This document shows positions 25,417-38,900 of a stretch of 64,000 bases of DNA, piece by piece. How positions within the stretch are numbered: the first letter of the stretch is position 1; each line of letters begins with the position of its first letter. The notes beneath the pieces were generated by a model, which worked only from the letters and a program-made list of their open reading frames with translations, ran no database searches and had not been told where the DNA came from. A program made the translations under genes and the position numbers. Source of the stretch: Hydrurus foetidus (lineage: Eukaryota); NCBI GenBank assembly GCA_900617105.1, contig UYFQ01000518.1, positions 1 through 64,000 on the forward strand. The letters are read 5' to 3'.

Positions 25417-28400
25417 CTCGTCTTGGTTGTAGTACCGTATGGCGAACAGAGCCAGCTCCTCGGACGTTTTGCTCTGCACGAAGTGAATGCCCTCCTACAT
25501 GGTAAAAAAGAGGAAAGTTTCAGTGACGTTGTCAGATACATAGATGGATACTACGAGGTCGGTAGTTAGATACACAGATAGAAAATTAGACAGACACACA
25601 GTCAGATGGATAGACAAATAAACAAGTAATTAAACGTCAAGCTAATTAATAAATATAGCGAGTGAAATAAGATTAAAATTAAAAAAAAATTCAGACAGTA
25701 TACATACACCGGTATCCACGATGAAACAAAAAATGAGTAAATGACATGAAATAAGGTACTCGAATGAAAAAGCAGGAGAGGTCAGGATAGGATAGGATGG
25801 GATAGGATTGAATGGGAGAGGATGGGATTGAATCGGATAGGATAGGATAGGATAGGATAGGATGGGATAGGATTGAATGGGATAGGATTGAATGGGATAG
25901 GATAGGATGGGATGAATGGATAGGATGGGATTGAATGGGATAGGATTGAATGGGATAGGATGGGATTGAATAGGATTGAATAGGATAGGATTGAATGGGA
26001 TAGGATGGGATGGGATAGGATTGAATGGGATAGGATGGGATGGGATAGGATAGAATGGGATAGGATTGAATGAGATAGGATGGGATTGAATGGGATAGGA
26101 TGGGATTGAATGGGATAGGATTGAATGAGATAGGATGGGATTGAATGGGATAGGACAGGATGGGATTGAATGGGATAGGATGGGATTGAATGGGATAGGA
26201 TAGGATGGGATAGGATGGGGATAGGATAGGATAGGATTGAATGGGATAGGACAGGATGGGATTGAATGGGATAGGATGGGATTGAATGGGATGGGATAGG
26301 ATTGGATAGAATGGGATAGGATTGAATGGGATGGGATTGAATGGGATAGGATGAGATGGGATTGAATGGGATAGGATTGGATAGGATAGGATGAGATGGG
26401 ATTGAATGGGAGGGATTGAATGGGATAGAATTGGAATAGGATAGGATGAATAGGATAGGATTGAATGGGATAGGATTAGAATGGGATAGGATTGAATGGG
26501 ATAGGATTAAATGGGATAGAATAGGATGGGATAGGATAGGATGGGATTGAATGGGATAGGATAGGATGGGATAGGATTGAATGGGATAGGATAGGATTAA
26601 ATGGGATAGGATAGGATGGGATTGGATAGGATTGAATGGGATGGGATTGAATGGGATAGGATAGAATGGGATAGATGGATGGGATAGGATAGGATGGGAT
26701 AGGATAGGAATGGGATTAATGGATAGGATAGATGGGATGGATAGGATAGAGATGGGATAGGATGGAATGGATAGGATGGATTGAATGGATGAGTTGAATG
26801 GAATAGGATGGAATTGAATAGAATAGATTGAATGGAATAGGGATGAAATGAATGGAATGGATAGGATAGAATAGGATGGAATAGGATGGGATGGAATGGG
26901 ATAGGATAGGATGGATGGAATGGGATAGAATAGAATGGATAGAGAATGGAATGAGATGGGATTAATGGGATAGAATAGAATAGGATTGGAATAGAATAGA
27001 TGAGATGGATAGGATGAGATAGAATGAGATAGGATTAGGAATGGGATAGGATTGAATGGGATAGGATGGGATAGGATGGGATAGGATAGGATGGGATAGG
27101 ATAGGATTGAATGGGATGGGATTGAATGGGATAGGATAGGATGGGATAGGATTGAATGGGATGGGATGGAATGGGATAGGATAGAATGGGATAGGATTGA
27201 ATGGGATAGGATGGGATAGGATAGGATGAATGGGATAGGATAGGAGAAAATAAGGGAGGAGAAGGAAAGAGAAACAAGAAAGGAGAAGGAAAGAGAAAAA
27301 TGGAATAGAAAAAGTGCGCAGAATAGCGGATATTGTGTTGTCTCAGCTCTCTCACTCATCGCATTGTACTGTCTAAGATTGGCATAGATTGATTTACCTG
27401 ATATACGATTGTTGAAGCGAGAGTGCTTGCAACTGCATTCCTCTGCAATGTAATAAAACATGGTATAATAGAATAGAATAGAATGTGATGTGATGTCAGA
27501 TGAGAAAATGAGATGCAGTGATTTGATGTGATAAGAAGAATTCAAGTGACCAAAAGATGCGGTTGTGACAGAGAAAGAGGATCATTTGATCATTCTTTAA
27601 ACGCATCAATTAGAAAATTAGAATTAAGCATATTGATGAGCGTGAGAACGCTCTCGTATTATAGTACAACACTCTCACATCCTCCCCCCTATTTCTGATC
27701 ATGTGCTGCTGGGAAGGAATTCATCATCCGACAGTTTGTGACGCCATATCAGCTGTCTCTTATTCTACTAGTTTTGTATTTCCATTGATGTTTCAACGCC
27801 TCTATATTTGTATAACCGTAGATTCGTCCTCTTTCACGATGGTCCTTAATTTCCCTTCTCTCGGTCTCATCTCCTCTCTACTCCGTTCTAAGATCATCCT
27901 ACAATAAATCTCTCTTCTCTAGTCGTTTCTTCTCCCCCATTTCATCTTCTTCTCTATCGTCTTCTCGTCCTCATTATCCCATCCGCCGAAAATTACCACA
28001 CAATTCTCTCCACCTCCTCTCTTCCCCCCTTTTTATCCTCCACCACCCCTCTACCCCTCATCCCTCGCATTCTCCTACCTGGTATTGCACTGGAAACTTA
28101 GTGGCCACTCTGTCCCACGCGACTTCTGCCAGTTTCTTCGGAAGGTTATCTCTCATAAGGGGGAGCAAACTGCTAAACACGGAATCCTCCGGTTCGCGGT
28201 CTGTGGAATTGTGGAGCAAGGGAAAAGGATGAGATGAGAAAGGGGAGAGGATGAGAGGAAGAGATAAGATGAGAAGGTGAGAGGAAGTGAGTTAAGCTGA
28301 GAGTATAGAGATGAGATAAGAGAAGAAAAAATAAGAGGAGATATTATGGATAAGAGTATAAGATGATATGGGAGGCTAAGACAAGGGGAAAATAATTGAG

Positions 28401-30201
28401 ATAAGATAGGATAAGGTAGCTAGGCATGAAGTAGAATAGGGTGAGAAGAGAGGGGGGAGAACAATCTTATCAGTAGTGAAAGAGAAAGAAGAACAGAGGG
28501 GTTCTAGAGCTGACGCAGAGAAGAATGATCATTAATGTTCTCTACTCCACCATTGACATAAGATAACATAAGATAACATAACATGACAAACAATTCATCA
28601 ACTCTATACGCAAGTATCATCTCTAACGAAACAGATAGGATTTTATGGTCATTTGATTGTATACTCTTTACCACACATTTTATTTCTTCAAAATCATCAT
28701 AATTACAATTATTAAGAGTGTCATACCTGCTAGATAATCAGTGAGTGCGTCAGTGACTCTCACGATGGCGAAACTAATCTGCTCCGAGAAATGGTGCAGG
28801 CCGCCTACACCGGGAATACGGTAAATGTGGTTAGCCGTAATACGGTGAATTATGTCAGCAGTAATGCGGTTGAATGGAAAGAGTAGTGGAGTGGGAGAGT
28901 GGAGTGGAATCGGATGAGTGGTGGTGACGGAGGTACACTGATATCTTCCAGAGTGGGTGAGAGGGTAAGTGAGATAGCAAGAGAGAGATGAAGAGTGCGA
29001 GTGCGGGTGTGCAAGCTGTGATGGTCTTCGTGAGTCATATTCCAATTTATAATGGGAAACAAATGGAACAACTGCTCTGACGATGCAAAATAAAACAAAA
29101 CAAACGCAGTGAAGAGCATCATGGTGCACAACAATGCCACATGACACAACACAAACTGAAACAATAATCTTACTTTTTTCTGACGCAACACACTCTTGCG
29201 TAGTCTACCATGCAACAGAACATAATATATCACAGGTCACTAGAAAGGGGCATATGACATACAGTGTGGTGCACAAAGAATACCGTACCTGGGTTTTGTC
29301 TATATTCCCTGAAGAGCACTTCTGCCTCGAGCAAAGCCAGCAGTCTCAACCGCACTAAGACATCTAAGAGAGGGAAGAGAAGGGAAGGATAGAGAAGAGA
29401 AGGAAAGTAATAGATAGAGATGAGAAGGAGGGATAAAAAGGGATACTAATTATGAGAAGAGTAAAGAAGGGAAGGATGGAGAAGAGAAGGAAAGAAAAAA
29501 ACAGGTACGAGAAGGAGAAAGAAAAAGAGTTGAGGAGGGCGGAAATAAGTGGATGACGATGGAGGCAAGGAGTGAGAGTGGGGAAGTTACATATGGAATG
29601 GAGTTACATATGGAATGGAATGGAGAATAATACTGCAGTGCAAGAAAAGACATCAAATGAACTCTCTGTCAGATGAAGGAATGATTACTGCGATGCTAAT
29701 TACACGACAATAGCAATTGATGTCCACTGCAACCGCGCAGAGCAGTAAAGTGCATTCCAACAGAACAGTCGTTCTCACCTTTGACAAGCTCTTCCTTGAT
29801 GCCCATAAATTCTTCTTTCGAGAGCAACATGGAAGCAGCCACCTCGCAAGAAGAAGTTATCACACCGCACTAGAAAGCAAATAGAAGAGAGAAGAAGGGA
29901 GAAAAAGAGGATGAGAGAAAAAGAAGGAGATACAGGAGATAAGGTAAGGTGTGATGAATGATAAAGAAAAGGCAAAGAAGGGAAAATGAGACAAGAAAAA
30001 ATAAGAAAAAAGAGAGAAAGAGGAAAATGAGGTGGAAGGGGGAGTGAAGTAAGGGAGGAAGTTTAGGGAATGGCGATTAAATGCGTTGAATTGAGTGATG
30101 GATGGAGGGAGAGAAAGAGTTCACATGTCCGACTGAATTGACGAGGATTGACTTCATGTATTTTTCTTCCTTCCTTCCTTCCTTCCTTCCTTCCTTTCTT
30201 C

Positions 30202-30261
<60 letters not shown>

Positions 30262-33200
30262 TTCCTTCTTCTTATTCTCCTCACCTTGTTTGCTGATGAG
30301 TCCTTGACGATTGTCACCCCAGCTTGTTTGAACAGATTCTCTCTCGCCTCAGGAGTTATAAAAATATTAGCGCCTACAGGTCAGAAGCAGAATAGAATGA
30401 ATGGGATTTTCTTTGAAGAAAGCCAAAAATAGAAGAGGTAAGAGAGATAAATAGAATGAAAGGTAAGAAAGAAAGAAAGAAAAAAAGAGAGAGAGAATCA
30501 AAGGGAAAGAGATAAGAGGGAGAAAAGAAAAGAAAACTAGAAGAAGTCGCCATCAAGTATAGCAATCCAATGCAATCCAATGCACTGTACTATACCACAT
30601 GATTTGATTCATTCGATTTCTAACCTTCTACGATAAGCGGGCTACTGGGGACCCCTTTACTGTCCAAGAAATCCTCCCAGTTATCTCCGTTGATGGTGTT
30701 CGGTCTACCGCCAGCAGGCACAAACACGTCTGAGGCAATTGGGAGGCGATGTGATGTGATATCATGTCATGATATTTGGTAGGGTGTGACGTAAGGTGGT
30801 GTGATATGACATCATAAAATGTGATCCTATGTGATATTATGTGACATGTGGTTGTGTGGCGACAGGAGTTGCAGTGCATGGATAGGTAATATGTTCATAA
30901 ATTCCAAGCTATCCATGACCTATGATGGATACTACATCACACGGCAATTCAATAAGATTCTTTACTATACTACACTACACTACACTACACTATACTACAT
31001 TATACTATACTATCCCATACTGTGCAACACCACATTATCATATTTGACACCATGACCTCCTATCTGTACTACTTCACACCAAACAGCGCCTCGATACAAT
31101 ACGATACAAAATCACACAAAGTATTTTATTGTCTTGTACTTGATTTTACCCCAAGCTATTCACGATGTACTTAAAATACTTTACAACTATCCTATATTAC
31201 ATTACATCCTATATTTCCCTACTACACGACACTTCAACACAATATAGCACAATGTGTTTTGTTGTACCTGATTTTACTCTGAAGGCCATAGAGTTCCTCC
31301 TCGCCAATCCCTCTTCCGTTTCTGCATCCATCATCACTCCAGTAGGAGACAATTTCGACTGACATACCGTAACATACAGTAAGATACCGTGAAATTACGT
31401 GTTAAGTGAATTGAAAAATGAGAAGAGGGTAATATGTTAAGCATCTAATGTGCAGGCAACTTCGGTTAACATACCGGGAAATACCGGAACATATTGTGTC
31501 AAATGCAGTGAAATATTAGGAGGAAACAATCAATGAGTTTGTGTGGCGGAGTCAAACGGAATAGAGTGAATATTGGTGCAGCCAAAAAATGGGTGGAGCG
31601 AGTGAGAGAGTGGAAACAGAATGAAGTGCCGTTTTAAACACACGAATTTAACACAAAAACGGTTATTCACACAGTGAACAAATCTCAGGCTCATATCAAT
31701 CATCGCATTTTACTACGGTATCACTTTAGCGAGAGGCATTACTGCTATCAGAATGAAGCAGTCTGGGCTATTTACTTATTCTACAAGTACGCATTTGTGT
31801 ACGCATTCATGCATACATTCATGCGTACATGTGTGTATGTATGCACGTACGTGAGTACGCATACATGTAAGGAAGTATGCATCTGTATATACATGTGAGC
31901 ATGTGTACACATGTGAGTTTGTGCATATATATAAGTACTTATATAAGTACGTACGCACCTTATTGAATGACGTCACTGGTCGTGACTCCGCCACTAGTCG
32001 CAGCAGTTCCGTTCTGTCCAGACCTTTGGGGTCTTCTGCCACTCCAAACCCATCTGCAATGCCCACTATGCGGCAGTTGTCTCCGTAGTCACGATACAAC
32101 AGTCTGTTGAGGAAGGAAGGGAGGAAAATAGAGAGAGGGCAGGAAGAAGACAGATGTGAGAGAAGAAGGAACATGATAATAGGGGGAGAGTGGATAGTGA
32201 GAGAAGTGTAGGGAGGGAGGGATAGTGTGGAGATGAGGGGAAGAACGCGAAGGGAGGAGGAAAGAAGGGATGTAGTTAGAGGGTCAGGGGGGGATGTGAG
32301 GAAAGGTGGGGAAGGGTTTCATGTCAGCGGAAAAATTATCGTATCTTATTTGTGGCATATATTGTAGGGCAAAATATCGTGCAGCACTATATTTACAGTC
32401 AAGAATGTCACGGCATATTACTTTATGAGATTGCCCGCCACGTCACCATCAGGACCGCCAGTGATCTTGATCGTGAAAGGCCCCCTAAAAAGGAACATAT
32501 GGGATAGTGAGGGTTGTAATGGAATACTGAGGGATGAGAAGGAACAGAAAGGAAGGGTTGAGAGGGAACAGAAAGGATAGTAAAGGGTGAGAAGAGAGAT
32601 GCAGAATAGCGAGGGGTGGAGATAATTAAATGGTGATGGATAGAGGTGTATTTTATGAGACGTGGAGAGATGGGGGAAGAGATTCATAGGAAAGATGGGG
32701 GGGAAAGATGCATATAGGAAGACAGTTGATAGAGATGGGGTAGAGGGATAAATAGAAAGAGAGTAGTGTGAGATGGAAGCGAAAGATAATCAGAAGGGAA
32801 GCGGAGAGAGAGATGAAGAGGAAAAAAATAGTAAGAGGTAGAAAAGAAAGGTATAGAATGAACGGAAAATAAATGAACACAACTCACTAACATAAACGGA
32901 ATTATTACAAGTGACTTGATGCTATCTCCTTCTCAGCTATTCTATTCTCTACTCTCCTTTGCTCAGTCCTGACTACTCTACTCTGCTCTACTCTACTCTA
33001 CTGCTCTTCTCTCACAGTAATCGTACGTACTTGAGTGGATTTATTTTGAGTGCCTTGGAGAGAGCTACGTCCAAATAGACCATCACTCCTTCTGACGTCA
33101 CTCCGTATTCCTTGTGGTTGAAACCAGCATCCTAAATAAGGTAGAGGAAGAGATAGAGATTAAGATAGAGTTGATGGAATAGATAAGAGAAGAGAAGATA

Positions 33201-35929
33201 AGAAGAACATAACAAAGTGTACGAAACGAAATGATTGACATAATTTTTCTCTCGAATTTGCACACAATAATAAAGCATTATCCTTTTGCTAGGCTTGTAT
33301 TCAACGACCATCATAAAAGTCGTTACATCTACACGCAATAATCAATACCATGCTCCTCACCTTCTTGGAACTCATGAAAGCGGATGGGATGGGGTACCCC
33401 CTTTGGGCGGCTCTCAGAGTGATGTAGTCGATGTCACTAGCAATCACCTGCAAGGGAGAGAGAAAAAATGAAGTACAGTAGATAGATATGGAATAGGTGA
33501 GAAGGAAAGTAGCGCAGAGGAAAAGAAATATAGAGATAGAAGCATTGATAGAAATAGACGGATTTGGAAGATCAAAAATCGTTAGTTAGACAAATATGCA
33601 AATTGGAAGATGAAGGAACAGATAAACAGGAGATGGATGGATTGGAGGAAGAGGAGATGAAAAGTGGAGAAACTTATAAAGATTGAGAAGGTAAGAAAAG
33701 AAGGAAAAGAAGCAGGGAGAAAAAGAGAAAGAGTGGAGAGTCGCCTACCTGTTCGTCAGGTCCCAGATAAATGAGTTCGTCTTTGCCGTAGAGATCCACC
33801 ACATTCTTCAAACTGTAGAAATCGTGAGTAGAGTGGAGGAGAGGAGGTGAAGAAGTAAAGCGAGTTGAAAAAGGTGAGGGGAAGGGAGGGGAGGAAAGAA
33901 GAGGTGTGGACAGGTGAAGAGGAGAGATACTGAGAGAGGTGCGGTGAAGAGGTGAAGAGGGATAGAGAAAAGGAAGGTCAGGTAAGTGGAGACAACAGAT
34001 AAAAGCAAAGTAGATAAAGATGAGTTGAGTTGGAGGGTAATATAGAGATGGCTGTAAAGAGCGAATGGGTTAAACGAATCAGTAAAAGATACAGAGAGGA
34101 AATACAAGAAGCAGTTTTTCTCATAAACAAGACATGGAAGGAAAGAAAATAATAGTACGGTACGGTACGGGACAGTAATTAAGACTCTTACGCACGTACA
34201 CTACAGTACACAACAGTGTAGTATAGTTTGGTGTAGTGTATAGTATAGTATGTTATACACTACACTACAATACAGTGCGGTAATAAACTACACCAGATAG
34301 TACAGTAAAATGCACTACATAATAGCCTACACTACACTGGTATAGTATAGTATGTTATACACTACACTACAATACAGTGCGGTAATAAACTACACCAGAT
34401 AGTACAGTAAAATGCACTACATAATAGCCTACACTACACTGGTATAGTATAGTATGTTATACACTACACTACAATACAGTGCGGTAATAAACTACACCAG
34501 ATAGTACAGTAAAATGCACTACATAATAGCCTACACTACACTGTATTACACTACACTACACTATACTGCATTTCAGGACAATAAAATACACCACGATACA
34601 GTACACTACAATACGATACAGTACAATACGATACACTACACTACAATACACTGTATTACGCTACACAGTAAAATATAAAGAGAGCACAGTGCATACCTGT
34701 CACTGACGATGAGATCCAACAAAGAATCAGTGAATCCTTTAACCGACTTTCTCATTGCGAAGAATCTTGCTGCTGTGGGCATAGCTGGAGTGTTCACCAA
34801 TAGCACTGCTTTCGAACCCCCTTCAGGGATGTCCTATTAGATGGGGATATAGACATTAGATGCCAGATGGTGAAACAGAAATTTCATGGGGTGTGAGATG
34901 ATTGGATGGATGCCTTGCTAAGATATTAGATGGTAACACGGATATTAGATGGCGATATGGATATTAAATGGGGTATAAGATAAATAGATGATGATATGGA
35001 TATTAGATGGTGATACAGATATTAGATGGCGTGAAAGTAATTAAATGTCTTATTAAAATATTAGGCGAAAATGTATATGATATAACAAATGTTTTGCATT
35101 ACAAATAATTTTTAGTACTTAACATTGTGACATAAATGAGTTGGCGATATTATATACACTTTTACTGTGTGGCGTAATGCAGTGCAGAGTAGGATATTGT
35201 TTTGCGCTGTCTGGTGTAGTACATTGCTGCACCGCACCGCACTATATTATAGTGTAATACATACTATACACTACACTATACTACAATATACTACACTATA
35301 CAACACTACACTACACTATACTGTGCTATACTATACTGTAGTAATTTAAAGGTTTGAAAGAAAGATTTCTTTCCTCAATCTCTTCTTTTAGGTGAGTGAG
35401 ATTTATGATTTAAATAATCATTTCATCAATTTACTCAATCAATTACTCATCGAATAAATTATTCATTTATTTACTCATTTCTGACCTTGTTTTTTAAGTG
35501 TTGGGCAAAAGACAATCCTAAAAAATCCGGAGAAAAAAATTCAAATGATTAATTTTGAAATGAGATTTAATGAGAGAAGTGTTCTGTCGAGTGAAGTGCA
35601 GTGTTGTACTGACTGTATGGTATATCATATCAAACTTCATTAAGTCGAGTCAAAGTGAGTAAAATTATGTGTAGTGTAGTGTAGTGTAAGTGAAGTGAAT
35701 TGCATTGCAGTCATAGAAAAAACTCGCAACTACCATCCCATACTGAATATAACATACAAAACGGTGAAATGGAAATAATACCAATCTAATTCAGTCTAAT
35801 CTGTTCAATACTGTTGAGCATAGTTTAGTACTGGCAGAATGCTTCATCAAAATATGAATATGTATAGGTGAAGGAATTGCAGTCATTTTCTTACCGAATG
35901 CCTCATGAGAGAGATAAGAAAAGAGAAGA

Positions 35930-35964
<35 letters not shown>

Positions 35965-38900
35965 ACAATCTGACCGTCGAAAGGATTCAGATCTCGAGCA
36001 AAGTCATAAATGGAGATTGTTATAGGCTGATATAGGGAAAAATGAAATGGAAGAGAGTAGCACTATTACATGTAAAATGAAGAAAATGGGAGAGAGACGG
36101 AGGGAACAGAGTGAAATGGAAGGAAAGACTCCGAGGGAAAAAAAGAAGCAGAGAGAAGGTTGAGAGGGAGAAGGAGAGGAAAAACAATAATGATAAAAGT
36201 GAAGCAAATTGTAGGAGAGGAAAAAAACGCTGCTGGCGTATGGTCAACACTGCAGTGTCCCACTTAAATTCTGTATATCTCTGAAGTTTGTTGCAACATC
36301 GATGTTGCGTAGTATACCGTATACCGTAGTAATTTAAAGCAACATCGATGAATGAGTTTGAGCAATATCAGTATCTAGTAGACGCACCTCTTGCGATGTC
36401 TCTGAATCGACAGTGGAAAGCGTTGAAATGTCTGCCGTGGCAAAAGAATATTCCGAAGGGAACGGGTTTGGATAAGTCGGGCCGCTCATCATGATCGAGG
36501 GATTCACCTACAAGAGAAGGGCGTAAGAAGAGATAAAGGTCAGGGTAAAGGAATGGGGAGAAAGGAAGATGGAATCAAAATGGGTGGAAGAGGGTGATCG
36601 AAAATGGAATCGAAAGAGGATCGCTCAATCATTAATCCACTTCAAAATTGATAAGTACGCTTGCATCTGTATATGTGTATGCGTGTTGCCTGCATGTTTT
36701 TCATCTTATTCTCATATTGGCCAACGCGGAATCTACGTAAGCATTATGAACGACTATAGAAGGCCACTGTAAATACCATTTTCACATTTTAACATTTGAA
36801 CGGACGTACGTACCCTGAGAGATAGAGCGTATCTGTCCTCGTTGAAGAAATTGGTCTTGAGCGTTGCAGCGGTTGCATCGAGCATTTTGAGGAGAATGGT
36901 GCGGGAGAATTCGTAGTTTAACCGCGAAACCTTGCCTGGTGAGGTAGAGAAGAGGTAGAGAAGAAGAAAGAGGTTAAAGAAAATGTGGAGAAAATGGCAG
37001 AGTGAGAGGTGGAGTGGGAGGTTGGTGGAGAAAGAGGTAAAGAAAGAAGTGTAGTAAGAGAGGCAGAGAAAGGCGAGAAAGATGAAAAACAAATAAAGAA
37101 ATAGGGAAAGAGAAGAAAGAAATCAGATAAAACTTGTAAAGTAATCAGAACAATGTCGAGGTTAAATCAGATGAAATACCAATCGACAAGTGGCGACAAT
37201 GTCGATAGATTCCTATTTCGCCGGCCTTGACTCCGGTAAATCCGCCGTCAACCGGTGTAAGGATAATTGTGGAAGGGAAGTGGGATAAATAATGAGTGAA
37301 GTGTTTGTGGGGTGGGGTGGAGGGGGGATTAAGTAAGTCGTATACATGTAAGTGAGGAGTGCGAATGTGTATGAGTGGGTACGTAGATGTGTGATTGAAC
37401 TTAATGTAGTGTATTTTTGTGCGTATTAATTGTCGTGTTTTGTAGTGTATCAAATATAGCATATCGTGATATAGTGCAGTGTAGTTAGATGCGACACAGT
37501 AAAATACCGTGCGGTAGATTGCATTCTAGCCCACGGCAGTGTAGAGAAGAAAAGGGCACTGTTTCAGCCCTCACCTGAACCTGTCCAGGAACAACTGTGC
37601 GATTTGATCAGCATATTGCATCGACATGGGATCCATGCAAATGTGGTCGATGATCTCACTGATACTGGTAAAGGCGTGTCTGTCCACCTTGGCAAGAGGG
37701 CCGTGCAGCATGGAGCACAGGGCAGTTATTATCTCTGCTTTTTCAACACCTACCCAGGGGAATCTACAGAAGGATAGATGAGGTGAGTCAGATGAAGTGT
37801 GTTGTGCAGAGCAATCGGTCGAGTGCAGCATTGCGTACCACTCAATATTCAACCGTCAACCACATACGTACCTAATCAATCCCAGATCGGTCGTAGAGTC
37901 ATCCAGCCACTTGGCCCTCTTCAGGTCCCTCTTCAAGACCTTCACACTAAGTGCTCTTGCTGCTGCCTGTTTCTTCTCCATCTCAGTACCGGATAGACTG
38001 ATGTTCTGCTCCATTTCTTTTGATGTGAAGAATGCGTCTGTTGCTAGAGGGTCAGGGCTGACTAGGAGTCTTAGCATCGTCACGTATGATGGCATCTCTG
38101 TACGTACGAATCAAGTCGATGGCATTGAGTTGATCAGTATTCGTTAATTGATATCAGCTAATTATTAATATCTGGACGATATTTAGATCAGTGGTGGAGT
38201 AGTATTTGACAATTAACAAATTGTATTCGGTAATTGTTGTAATACTGCTTTGCGAAGCAGCGTCCTTTCGAACAGCCATAGATTGCACTATTCCGCCATA
38301 CCACATTGTTCTGTACCATTGCACTCTACATGTCGCTGTGATATACTATATTGTACTATATTGCACGTTGCAAAACCACATTACACTACATTATACTTAC
38401 AATTATACTGCACAAAACACACTGCCCTATACTAATCTGAAGTATTCCAAACATTTTACAATTATTCCGCTGTACCTGGTGAAGAGCTCTCATGGTCTGA
38501 CACGGTCTCCATGTGAGCCCTAAAATAAGAGAAAAGAGAAGAAAAGTGTCATACGAATAGATAATAGATAGATATAAAGCAAAAAATAATATGAGGTGAA
38601 TCAGTGTGGATACGAAGTCAAACTTATCAGAGTGCTGCTATCAAATAACAGATCATCATAATACAATCTAGAATTAACAACCAATCAACGTACCTGGATA
38701 TGTTAAAATTTCTCGCAGCTATGATGGAGGAGGAAAGGCGGAGGAGCACTTCAGGCAACACGTTAAGCAGCGATGGTGAATGCCTGAAAAGGCAGCTTTA
38801 GTAAAATAGTCGAAAGGCGAGATCGAGAATGGAGATGAATGAAATCCTGCAATGAATCATCATCGATTCATCGTCAAATCATCAAATCGAAGTCGTATAT

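Noticed and set aside
25782..27545. 587-aa ORF (SHPIL/SYPIQ repeats)
   Set aside because: It is a translation of the pentamer satellite inside a GDH intron and is stop-free only because of its composition.
34238..34543. Regularly spaced repeats resembling a CRISPR array (also 59085-59140 and 60552-60603)
   Set aside because: They are head-to-tail tandem units without unique spacers, in a eukaryotic context with no cas genes.
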